Assembly (NCBI GenBank): GCA_951406725.2
Contig: OX597819.1
Coordinates: 55,552,001-55,616,000, forward strand
Source: Octopus vulgaris
Lineage: Eukaryota
Length of the DNA: 64,000 bases
Direction: 5' to 3'
The position numbers and the translations under genes were made by a program. The notes under the pieces were generated by a model, which did no database searches, was not told where the DNA came from, and saw only the letters and a list, made by a program, of their open reading frames with translations. The stretch's first letter is position 1. Each line of letters starts with the position of its first letter. Of the stretch, positions 54,401 to 63,421 are shown piece after piece.

Positions 54401-56777
54401 TTTGATTACTCTAAACTCAAACTTGCCAGGTTATTTGATTACTAAGATGATGTAATAAAATAATGGTGACGCTTGTCAAACGAGATTCTTACAACACAAA
54501 ACTATTAAGTCAAACCAAATCAGGAGATAGTAGGGTGGGGAGGGGGTAAGGTTACTTTACATACCCGAACCTAAAAGAATTGTCATGTCAACGAATAATC
54601 ACCCAGACTAGTTTTCTATGAAACTATCAAGAACCAACAAACATCCGCTCCTGAGTTTTGAATGATTCATGCCTTGAAAAGGGATTGAATTGTATAATTC
54701 AATTTGAAATGAAGGTCTACTGAAACACGTGAAAAATAAAATAAAAATAAGTAAACGATGAATATGAATTTAAACCATGTATCTTCATCGAAATGTAACA
54801 AGAAATCTTAATGAACTTAAAATCCTTCATTAAACAAAAGTCAACATATTACACGTTGCTATCATAACCGATATACATAAAGTAGGTTACATTTTAACTT
54901 CTGTTTTGTCAAATACAATACTGTATAGCATTAAATAGATACACCAGACAAAGTATAAGTTCATTTGGTGGTCACATTTCACCACGATTTATTGTTGGAA
55001 CTGTTCTAACATGAAGCGTAATGCCATACGCTAGGTTTTATCTCGACTAATAAAGCTAAAATAACAACAACGGAACAAATTAACTGAATTACTTTAAGAT
55101 TTACAACAATAATAATATTAATAAAATACAAATATTAATAGCTTTATATTGCAATGCTAATCGGGAACACGTGTCATGGAAAAGAAAATTTCCGCCATTA
55201 TTTTTTTTTCCGCGAAAAACGACAGGAGAGTTAGTGGGAGAGAGGAGGAAAGCGAAGAAGATCAAGGGTAAGGAGAGAGAGACTCCGATTCCCTCGTTGC
55301 CGAAACTAACACAAGTTAGAAGTGACAGATTAGAACAGGCGGGAGATATTTCATTACCTGTCCCCCTTCTTATTTAGTTATATAGTTTTAGCTCCTAACT
55401 TACATACAGGCCACTATAAATAGAATCACAATACAAGATTCAGTTGAAAAAAAAAAAAAAACGGTTTGGTCAATATATATTTAACGTTAGTCTTTCTTTA
55501 AACGAGGTGAGAAAATTTTATCAAATATATAAATTAAGTTAAAGAACAAAGAAAACTTGAAGGCAATGCCAGAATATATTTATTGTACTGTGTAACCTAT
55601 AAAAGCTTAATAACCTCACTCTTTATCATGAACGTCATCAGTTTTTGATGCAATCATAAGTATTTGTTGTATTAAGTTGCCAAATTGCGCTGAACAAATC
55701 TGAAGCGATTAAAAACTAGTCCATAGTCGATAATATGTTTTGAGCTAGTTAGTTGACTGTAAATAGATTACATCCGACAGAATAAAACTCTGAAATCGAC
55801 GCCAATGTTAGAAGAGAGTCAGCAGAATAATATCATCGTTTTCAATTGGAGAAAGCCATGGATTGATGTCACACGCAAGTTACAAGTAAACGCCATCGGA
55901 ATGAAGTTAAAAGTGTGTGTAGAGGGAAGCCACTAAATCTGAGGCATATAATGTTGAAGTCAACACGCAAAAGCATATAAGTAGTATATAATGGAATGTT
56001 TAAAACGAGGGAAAAGAAGATTGTGATACAAGAGCAACAATTAATGGTATTGGAAGAGGTTTTCACAAAAATGCAGGCATTATGAATATCTGAAATATTT
56101 TTAAGCGAAGGTTCGCGTAGATTGTTAACAAAAATAACTGGTAACCATCATTATTTTGTTAGACTATTTTCAGGGATTATTGAAGTGTTGGATAATTTTT
56201 GCTGAAGCTTCGTTAGTTTATCAAAGTGAGGATTCTCGAATTATAAAATATCTCCCCTCACCGAAAGTTAAAATAAAGAAATGGTAGTTAATAACAATGA
56301 AGACTCGTTAACTGATCGTGTGATCTATGTAATTATAGCAGGCAAGTAACTATTAGAGCACCGAGAAAGTTAGAAATTGCAAGAGACTAGCACAGCTGTC
56401 TACTAAAAGAACTAAACCGCAATCTACGACGATTGGGCTTTAGGTTTTTTTTATTTTTTGCACGAACACCAAAGGTGAGACCATCGACTTCTAGTGGTAG
56501 CCAAAGATTTTTTTTTAATTTTAAGATCATAACTTAAGCCTTAAGAAATCCAATTTATCATTTAAAAATATAATTTCGAATTTTAGATAATCGAAAATTG
56601 TTGGCTACTCAAATAAGGACGAAAAAATTTTTTGCATCAAACGATTCGAAATGAGATTTAAGAATATATTTTTTGTCTATATATGGATCTTTATATATTT
56701 TCTAACATCTGTTTTAAATGGGGAAAAAAGCCGTTATAAAATAAAGACCGGGTTAGAAAAAGAGCAAGTGAGAATAA

Positions 56778-56812
<35 letters not shown>

Positions 56813-57060
56813 CGAGCCGAGAAACACGTCAACGTGTGGGTTTCATGAAGACATGAATATCGTTATAAAATTTTAAAATTAGATTCATGTGTATTCGGAG
56901 AGGGTAATAAGAATAATTTAAGAAACAATACTTTAAGAAATATTATGTTCGATGATTATTAAAAAGGGAAACAAGCAAATAATAAAACACTTCTCTCTTT
57001 AAAAAAAAAATCAGACTACTTTTAAGAAGGCACAAGCATGCACTTACCCGAAGCAGCCAT
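20431..57060 (-). CDS. eIF4B: Eukaryotic translation initiation factor 4B, 15 coding exons, 587 aa (full spliced span)
   Basis: Exons join in frame with GT-AG introns (13+159+194+105+46+369+55+26+208+116+215+49+67+73+69=1764 nt). N-terminus MAASGKKQKKRKGKTFNLNDFLAD; SWAEE; IDRSMLPTAPRAAR; RRM with RNP2 AYIGNLPY and RNP1 RGFGYVYF; DRYG-rich domain; RPRLNLKPRS; SIFGGARPVDT; acidic C-terminus NKFDYLNTEDEDY. All are eIF4B hallmarks. Confidence 0.96.
22033..22105 (-). CDS. eIF4B: eIF4B exon 14 (RRPVREKQMPKSYEEMPQLQDNVKK)
   Basis: aacag| acceptor, AAG|GTAAA donor, phase 2-0. Confidence 0.86.
22707..22773 (-). CDS. eIF4B: eIF4B exon 13 (ELNGKAYPNDKHDQPSRGGSEK)
   Basis: tttaag| acceptor, AAG|GTGAGT donor, phase 1-2. 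Confidence 0.82.
24906..24954 (-). CDS. eIF4B: eIF4B exon 12 (KQFNDSSKSDDGVGEN)
   Basis: ttacag| acceptor, G|GTAAA donor, 49 nt. Confidence 0.82.
25076..25290 (-). CDS. eIF4B: eIF4B exon 11 (...PLSPRKEDPPTKMVPAPPPKENIWERRK...)
   Basis: PAPPPKENxW motif as in vertebrate eIF4B; CAG|GTCAGT donor. Confidence 0.92.
26124..26228 (+). repeat. 41-bp tandem repeat, ~2.5 copies
   Basis: aaataagagtaagataaactaaaaaaaataaaaaataaata unit. Confidence 0.9.
26402..26517 (-). CDS. eIF4B: eIF4B exon 10 (SNDYSSQYPGKGGERDSSRRDKRQSGGSTSSQGRGIRP)
   Basis: ctttcag| acceptor, |GTAAGA donor; an alternative in-frame donor lies 12 nt earlier. Confidence 0.85.
27069..27276 (-). CDS. eIF4B: eIF4B exon 9 (DPPKDRPRLNLKPRS...SIFGGARPVDTSQREKEIEAR...)
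   Basis: Conserved eIF4B motifs; donor AA|GTATAT is weak but phase-consistent. Confidence 0.93.
27682..27707 (-). CDS. eIF4B: eIF4B exon 8, 26-nt microexon (SEPSRESSS)
   Basis: tttttttcag| acceptor, |GTAAGT donor; needed to bridge phase 2 (exon 7) to phase 1 (exon 9). Confidence 0.85.
28356..28681. mobile_element. hAT (Charlie-like) MITE
   Basis: TIR CAGTGGTTTTCAAC...GTTGTGAACCCCT(c); 8-bp TSD ttttaacc/atttaacc. Confidence 0.8.
28895..28949 (-). CDS. eIF4B: eIF4B exon 7 (GYNRRNERGFERRGFGGE)
   Basis: ttccag| acceptor, AG|GTTAGT donor, 55 nt. Confidence 0.88.
29580..30418 (+). mobile_element. Internally deleted, decayed mariner element
   Basis: Fragments ELEQRA.VKFC..GKSATETL.ML and HSPYLPNLAP..L.LFPKMK...WQECWDHCIAAQGDY; right TIR ...actttttgataccaccttgta. 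Confidence 0.8.
33733..34125 (-). mobile_element. 3' end of a second CR1-like LINE with (TAAC)n tail, in intron 6
   Basis: Minus-strand translation LDLYSLEKRRRYGDLI...LRGHSEKL...FSVRVADPWNKLP...FKASLD; CpGs retained, suggesting a young insertion. Confidence 0.85.
35896..36264 (-). CDS. eIF4B: eIF4B exon 6, DRYG-rich domain
   Basis: Lies within ORF 35804..36313; GFDRDR repeats; tttcag|...|GTGAG; 369 nt, phase 1-1. Confidence 0.96.
37160..37603 (+). mobile_element. Interspersed repeat family D with (GAT)n end and internal ~70-bp subrepeats; other copies at ~18415-18545, 21220-21865, 30700-30870, 35130-35300, 49430-49630, 57855-58075 and 63838-64000
   Basis: Shared ccaacccatgctagcatggaaagcggacgttaaacgatgatg motif in both orientations. 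Confidence 0.75.
39543..39588 (-). CDS. eIF4B: eIF4B exon 5 (VIHGRKIRIDLPGNT), end of RRM
   Basis: tttcag| acceptor, CAG|GTAAG donor, RRM beta-4 strand. Confidence 0.94.
41599..41703 (-). CDS. eIF4B: eIF4B exon 4 (VSEIRLPLDRGSRGFGYVYFSDRESLIEALSMNDD)
   Basis: RNP1 motif, 105 nt, AG/GTAAGT boundaries. Confidence 0.96.
41821..42014 (-). CDS. eIF4B: eIF4B exon 3 (IDRSMLPTAPRAARGPD...AYIGNLPYDIEQEKIAKFFSKLK)
   Basis: ttttag| acceptor, AAG|GTAAG donor, contains RNP2. Confidence 0.96.
44065..44470. mobile_element. MITE with 28-bp TIRs and 8-bp TSD (Merlin-like)
   Basis: (G)GATCTTTTCGGTTTGAATGGCAGTTTTT versus the reverse complement of AAAAACTGCTGTTCAAGCCGAAAAGATC; TSD gctctaga/gctataga. Confidence 0.75.
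44746..44904 (-). CDS. eIF4B: eIF4B exon 2 (GKKQKKRKGKTFNLNDFLADEQRG...SWAEEAASLDLD)
   Basis: tctag| acceptor, |GTAAGT donor, 159 nt, phase 1-1. Confidence 0.95.
45903..46289 (-). mobile_element. Non-autonomous Helitron (second family) in intron 1
   Basis: Minus strand A|TCTCTCTCTATATAAA...GC-rich subterminal hairpin...CTAG|T; no TSD; CpGs retained. Confidence 0.8.
46670..47070 (+). mobile_element. Decayed RTE-like LINE 3' fragment
   Basis: HWGKAEQV..KLVKEVMYG resembles the RTE C-terminal WxGHVxRM...PKxxLYG motif. Confidence 0.4.
50515..50932 (-). mobile_element. SINE family A copy in intron 1
   Basis: Reverse complement of the family A sequence, with a small internal insertion near 50850. 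Confidence 0.85.
52643..53253 (+). mobile_element. piggyBac-like TTAA MITE interrupted by a SINE; other copies at ~23526-23737, 28007-28224, 33233-33392(-), 35473-35664 and 39760-39910
   Basis: Consensus TTAA|CCCTTTAGCATT...AATGCTAAAGGG|TTAA termini; shared body ...gtaggtgtgagaggccagatctgg... Confidence 0.72.
56674..56935 (+). repeat. Unique intron-1 segment duplicated at 60923-61175
   Basis: Near-identical direct repeat with a few substitutions and a microsatellite length change. Confidence 0.95.
57048..57060 (-). CDS. eIF4B: eIF4B coding exon 1 (MAAS+G, 13 nt)
   Basis: ATGGCTGCTTCGG|GTAAGT; phase 1 matches exon 2; lies in a CpG-retaining region. Confidence 0.88.
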
Positions 57061-57330
57061 TTTATCACTGTCCACGCCCGGAATATGCTAGCCTCCAACT
57101 AAAAAAAAAAATCTTAAATATTAATTTTTCCTGAAAAATCGTCTAAATATACGATCATTATCAATAAAATATAGTTAGGATAGTAAAATAAATATTTCTA
57201 AAATATTTAGAACGAAGAATTTAAAATAATGATTTTTTTAACGCAACACATGACTAACTGTGTGTAGTCTCGTAACAATTCTAAGCATTGATTTCCGGCA
57301 GGACAATCGGCGCTACGATGGTAAACAACT
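57061..57330. promoter_or_regulatory. eIF4B promoter/5' UTR, possibly bidirectional
   Basis: CpG-retaining; ETS-like CCGGAA cores (~57078 and ~57293); ACTACA-like motif (tgtagt at ~57264); immediately upstream of the ATG. Confidence 0.55.
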
Positions 57331-57589
57331 TTTTAATATTTGTAAAATAGGACAGGAATAAGTATATTGTCAAATCGTGTACTTATATATAAATATATGT
57401 GTGTATTTCATTTGTGTTATATTTTCTTCTAATTGGGTGTAATTATATCCATAGAAGACGGTGATTTTTCTTCCAAATTTAAAGCAATATAATTCTACTT
57501 GTATTTGTTCTCTGTTACCACTGGTTACGGCCATCATACAATCAAACATCCGTAAAATTAATGTTATGTGTGTATATATATATATATAT

Positions 57590-57643
<54 letters not shown>

Positions 57644-58617
57644 CACAAATAACATTAATTTTACAGATGTTTGATATATATATATCGGATATTTATGATA
57701 TGCATATGGTATATGTATCTCGTATATATCATGTAAATTTATATGTATATATGATATATAAATACGTATACATACACCCATCCCACACGTTATATACATC
57801 TATCTAACAATCTATCTATATATATATATAGAGAGAGAGGGGGGACAAAGATCATTATCATCATCGTCATCATTTTATTATTTTTTCATGCTCACATGGG
57901 TTGGATAGAATTTTGTTGAGGCGGATTTTCTACAGATGGATACCCTTCTTGTCGCCAACCTTCAACTGTTTCAAGTAGGGTAATATTTCCCATGGCCAGA
58001 CATGCTTTCACAGAAGACTGGAAACGAAGGACATCGTTTACACACCGGGGACATTCGTTGACAACTATCACGTGATATAAATTCAAGGAAACTCACATAC
58101 ACACGCGTGCACACACACACCTACACACACACACACACACATATATATATACATATATGCCTGTGTAGTAAATTTTCCTTACCAACCATATAGTTGTGGG
58201 TTCAATCTAACTGTATGACACCGTGGGCTAGTGTCTTCTGCTATAACCATGGGTCAACCAAAGACTTAAAGACTTGATAGATAAAATCTAAAAGAAACCT
58301 GTCTTGGTTTGTTTACATCAGATCTTTCTGCTACGCATGAGTTGCAATTCTTAGATCCATTTTGTGAAGACAATTTTTAAAAAAAACCTTGTGCAAACCA
58401 CCTGTCTTCTTTCCAGTATTCAACGAAAGTAATGCAACTGTGTTGGTTAGTAACATAGAATTTAAAGACCAAGTCCACACCACGTTCAATCAAATGGAGA
58501 ATTCCTAGACATATATTAATGGATCTAAAAAATGCAACTAATGCTGAGTAGAAAGATCTCATATTCTTCTTAGGCCCAAGAATTCCAACACAGTGTTTAA
58601 TTCCAGATCTGAAATTT

Positions 58618-58790
58618 TTAGCAGGTGCAAACACATGCATAACTTAAACTCCATTGTCTTTATAGGGGGTCATTCCACAAGGTAAAGAAAGGCTATAAGA
58701 TGGATCAAGTTGAGCGGGTATAGAGGCAATTATGTGGATAAACAAATTAGACACATCAAATGTTTAATTTGTTCATCTGCATAATTGCCC

Positions 58791-58830
<40 letters not shown>
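58618..58830. repeat. Left arm of a ~200-bp inverted repeat (partner at 61176-61391)
   Basis: cattccacaaggtaaagaaaggcta...gacacatcaaatgtttaatttgttcat...(CT)n(AT)n mirrors 61176-61391. Confidence 0.85.
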
Positions 58831-58831
<1 letters not shown>

Positions 58832-58960
58832 GTTTATAGACCCAGTATAGGTAGAGTCAACTCAATGAAAAATCACTCCATCCAGTGAGAGATAACATGC
58901 ACTTTGGACTGAGTTGCTCTTTTGCAGACTTTGACATATTTTCTGTTATTCTGTTCTATA

Positions 58961-60617
58961 CGTTTGGTGCTCCTGATGTCTTAGCGGCGATAAACGAAAT
59001 AAAACACAATTCAGCAGTAGGCCCCGATAGGTTCCCTGCTTGTGTCCTGAAGGTGTGTCGACACCAACTTGCATCTCCCCTTGCTAATCTGTGGAGAAAC
59101 TCACTGGATGCTGGCTATATTCCAAAAAACCTTCTGTCCCAGTCTGTTGTCCCAGTTTTCAAAAAGGGAAACAAGTCCCTTGCAGTGAACTACCGTCCGA
59201 TCTCACTCACCCCTCATATCATCAAGGTATTTGAGAGGGTGGTGAGATCTCGAATAACCCAATTTCTGGAAAGCAACAGACGGCTGATCTCTAACCAACA
59301 TGGGTTCCGTAATGGAAGGGACTGCCTAACGCAGCTCCTGCATCACTTTGATGACATTTTGAGAGCTTTGGGAGAGGGCTCCAACACCGATGTCATCTAC
59401 CTTGATTTCAGTAAGGCCTTCGACAGGGTTGATCACAAGATCCTATTGAAAAAACCATCCAACATTGGTGTCTCTGGAAAGTTACTGAAATGGATCAAGT
59501 GTTTCCTGACAGACAGATCTCAACATGTTGTAGTTGAAGGGGTAAAATCAAGCCCAGCCAAAGTCAGTAGTGGCGTTCCGCAAGGCACTGTGCTGGGCCC
59601 ACTTCTTTTCATCATCTACATTAATGACATCATCAAGCACAGCAACATAAAAATCTTTGCAGATGATTCCAAGCTACAGAAGGTCATAAATGAGGCGAGT
59701 GACCGGACATGCCTTGAGTCAGATCTACTGGCTGTTATCCAATGGGCAGAAAAAAACAATATGCTGCTGAACGAGGATAAATTTGAGTTAATCCACTTTG
59801 GAAAAGAGAATGCCCTGAAACTCCCATACTCCCTTCCTTCAGGTGAAACTCTCATGGCATCCAACAACATCAGAGACTTGGGAGTAATAGTGGACAACAA
59901 CATAAGCTGGGCCACTCATATAAACACCAAAGTTGACATGGCCCGCAGAGTGTGTTCCTGGATTCTCAGAACTTTCCAGTCGAGAGATATCCACACCATT
60001 ATCCTTCTCTTCTCCACTTTTGCCCGACCCCACCTTGAATACTGTTGTCCACTGTGGTCTCCCCACACAAAACAAAGTATCATAAAAGTTGAAGCACCTC
60101 AAAGGGCAATCACAAAAAAGATAGATGGCATGACAGGCCTCGACTATTGGGGTCGACTAGAAAAGCTAAAACTTTATTCTCTCCAACGTCGTCGTGAGCG
60201 CTACAACATCTGCATGATGTGGAAAATATTCCATCAGCATTGCCCAAATGATGTTGGCATCACCTTTAAGGTACATCCAAGGCTTGGGCCCCGTGCCATC
60301 CGCCCAAAACAAAAATCGTACTCTCATCTCATAACAACAATACGGCACAATTATTTCACCTCAATTGGCCCCGCTCTCTTTAACATTACACCAAAACACA
60401 TTAAAACAGAAACAGACCCTATAGGGTTCAAGAAGTCTTTGGACAGATTCCTTCAAGAAATCCCGGATAAACCCCCTACACCCGGATATGTCTCTGTAAA
60501 CAATAACTCTCTACTTGAGTGGGCCATAGTGCCCAAATTCTGACTTGAAAGACTTCACTAGGTGGTGCTATTAAGTTAGACATGGCTTGGGCCAATAATG
60601 GCCGAAACCTATCAAAG
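58961..60617 (+). mobile_element. 5'-truncated CR1/L2-type LINE with open reverse transcriptase frame (stop at 60543)
   Basis: ORF 58885..60543 contains NYRPISL, QHGFR, YLDFSKAFD, GVPQGTVLGPLLF, FADD and RPHLEY; homology starts at ~58961, so no endonuclease; possible TATA target duplication at 58957-58960/60618-60621. Confidence 0.93.
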
Positions 60618-60922
60618 TATACCAGCTGCATTAATTGTAGTTTCTGGAATCGAGGAGGACAGGGATCTTGGTTTTCTTGCTTTTGTTTCTTTTTGTTCCA
60701 TTTTTTGCATCAACCTCCTTCACCCCTTTTTCTTCATGCTCTTCTCATTTTCTCTCTGTCCAGCATTCTTGTTTTGTTTTTGTTTTTTGTTAAATATATC
60801 TAACGCATGAACAGAGCCTGAAAGATTGTTTGGAGATACATTGCATATTTTATAATATGCCTAGTTAAAGTATCATAAAAGCATGAAGCTTTTAATAGCT
60901 CTTTCAGTTATATATATGTATG

Positions 60923-61173
60923 TGTCTATATATGGATCTTTATATATTTTCTAACATCTGTTTTAAATGGGGGAAAAAAGCCATTATAAAATAAAGACCG
61001 GGTTAGAAAAAGAGCAAGTGAGAATATATATATGTGTGTGTGTGTGTGTGTGCGAGCCGAGAAACACGTCAACGTGTGAGTTTCATGAAGACATGAATAT
61101 CGTTATAAAATTTTAAAATTAGATTCATGTGTATTCGGGGAGGGTAATAAGAATAATTTAAGAAACAATACTT

Positions 61174-61175
<2 letters not shown>
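60923..61175 (+). repeat. Second copy of the intron-1 segment 56674-56935
   Basis: Direct alignment by eye. Confidence 0.95.
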
Positions 61176-61222
<47 letters not shown>

Positions 61223-61581
61223 GCAGTTATGTGAATGAACAAATTAAACATTTGATGTGTCTAAATTGTTTATCCTCATAATTCCCTCTATACCTGCTCA
61301 ACTTGATCCATCTTTTAGCCTTTCTTTACCTTGTGGAATGAAGCCTGTAAAGACTTTTGAGTAAAGTTTGAATTTTTTGCGCACTACTAAGTATCTTCTA
61401 TACAAACACCTGTGAACTATATATATATATACACACACACACATATATATATATTATGGCTGCCCTCTCATTATTGAGTATGGCCATTGCACGAAGCTTA
61501 ACTGTTACTGGTGCTGTGATCGAATGGATTGATTGATTAAATTGATTAACTAATTCATATATATATATGCATACACACACA

Positions 61582-62818
61582 CAGGGTGCGGTGAATAAAT
61601 TGTCATCCAAATTACGCGAAAACAAAAACAACACTGACGTCTCATTTTAACAGATATATTTACCAAAATTACATAAAAATATCTTGAAATACTAAAGAGT
61701 AAATTTATTCAATAAAGTCACCATTGACTTCAACCTCAGTCTCCAGACAACTTTGGAATCTCTTGCAGTTCTTTTGGACAGTCTCTTTGTTTAAGTTGGT
61801 GAATGCCTTCAGTTCATCTTTGGTGTTACAAAGAGATTTGTTGGTCTCTCACTCAACTGCACCCCACACATAATAATCAAGGGGGTTGCAATCTGGGGTG
61901 TTAGGTGGCCAGATGTTAGGGGTGAAGGGATCACAGAAATTGTCTGACAGCCATGACTGTGTTCTCCTGCTTGTGTGGCATGGTGCAGAGTCCTGCTGCC
62001 AGACATAGGGTCTTCCAGCAGCCACCCTCTTGACCCAGGGCAGCACTACCTCCTCCAGGCACTTGGTGTAGGCTTCCATGTTGAGTTTGAGACCGTGTGG
62101 GTAGATGAATGGAGGCATAACGTCGCCATCAATAGTGATCACTCCAAACACTATGATGTTGACCCGATGTTTGATTTTTTATCACTTTTGGCGCCTGTTT
62201 TGGGGACACAGAAATCCAACAGTCATTCTGTGTGTTCACCATCTGATCCTGGCAGAAATTCCTCTCATGTAAGAAAAACCGAAGTATGTTCAGTTGGGGG
62301 GGATGCTTGAGTTTATTCAAAAGTGTCATAGTGCAGTCTTTCCTCTTGTCCTTGATGGCTTGGGATAAAAATTGGCCCTTTCTCATTTTGTATGAGGAAT
62401 ACCGGGTGTCTTCATGCACTACCTGCCTGATAAGAAACTCACTATGGACCTGATTGACTTGGAGGGATCAATGTCAATCACGCCCTGTATCATACCAACA
62501 AATTCAGGAGTTCTTTTCTTATCAGAATGATCAGAGTGAGTTTTCCGAGCTGCTGTACCTCTGTAATCACCATTAGACTCATCCAACTCTTTCTGAATCC
62601 TCTGCACTGTCCTCAGATTGACACTCAAACACTCTGAAATGTTCATATTAGAGCTTCCAGTGTGAATGCCAAGCACTGCAGCATGTCATTTCCAAATTTC
62701 TGACAGACAGTGCCCAACTGACCCCACTTTACTGTGTAGTTGACAAAATCAGAAACAAACAGTGTGCATGTATGAAATTAAAAATATAAAATGGCAACAA
62801 TTTACCCATCATACCCTG
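61582..62818 (-). mobile_element. Decayed maT (DD37D) Tc1/mariner-superfamily transposon
   Basis: Imperfect TIRs CAGGGT..G.TG..TAAATTGT at both ends, TA at the right end; frameshifted transposase with QQDSAPCH...PDCNPLDY, 37 residues between the 2nd and 3rd D. Confidence 0.88.
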
Positions 62819-62925
62819 TATGTATGTGTATATATATATGTATGTGTATATATATATGTATGCATATATATATGCATGTATGTGTATATATATGTCTATA
62901 TATCTATGTATGTGTATATGTATAC

Positions 62926-62962
<37 letters not shown>

Positions 62963-63070
62963 TATGTGTGTATATATATATGTGTATATAAGTATGTATG
63001 TGTATATATATGTATATATGTGTGTGCGTGTATATATATATGTGTGTGTATATATATATATGTATATGGA
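62819..63070. repeat. Compound (TA)/(TG) microsatellite; further (TA)n/(CT)n at 3687-3728, 32330-32365, 48384-48421, 57567-57645, 63200-63250 and 63346-63440
   Basis: Direct inspection. Confidence 0.95.
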
Positions 63071-63196
63071 TTCAAGTAATCCGGTAGTACTTGTAAAAAA
63101 CTTTCTCATATATGTATATTGTATCAAGTGTACTTGAATGTATCTATATATGGACCTATTTGTGTATTAATGTATATGTGTGCCTGTATGCTTTTT

Positions 63197-63253
<57 letters not shown>

Positions 63254-63343
63254 GATTAAAACATTTTTGGTAATGTACAGGATAGTATATTAGTAATAAT
63301 AATAAGGTTAGTTAGAAGAAATGAAGGAATTTTCCCCTTTGTT

Positions 63344-63421
<78 letters not shown>

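Noticed and set aside
58377-58640. 87-aa minus-strand ORF with splice-like ends
   Set aside because: No recognisable homology; overlaps inverted-repeat elements
58885-58960. N-terminal 25 codons of the 552-aa ORF
   Set aside because: GTG start in flanking DNA fortuitously in frame with the truncated LINE
62729-63137. Tyr/Ile/Val/Cys-rich ORFs (also 57370-57807 and 19611-20024)
   Set aside because: Microsatellite translations
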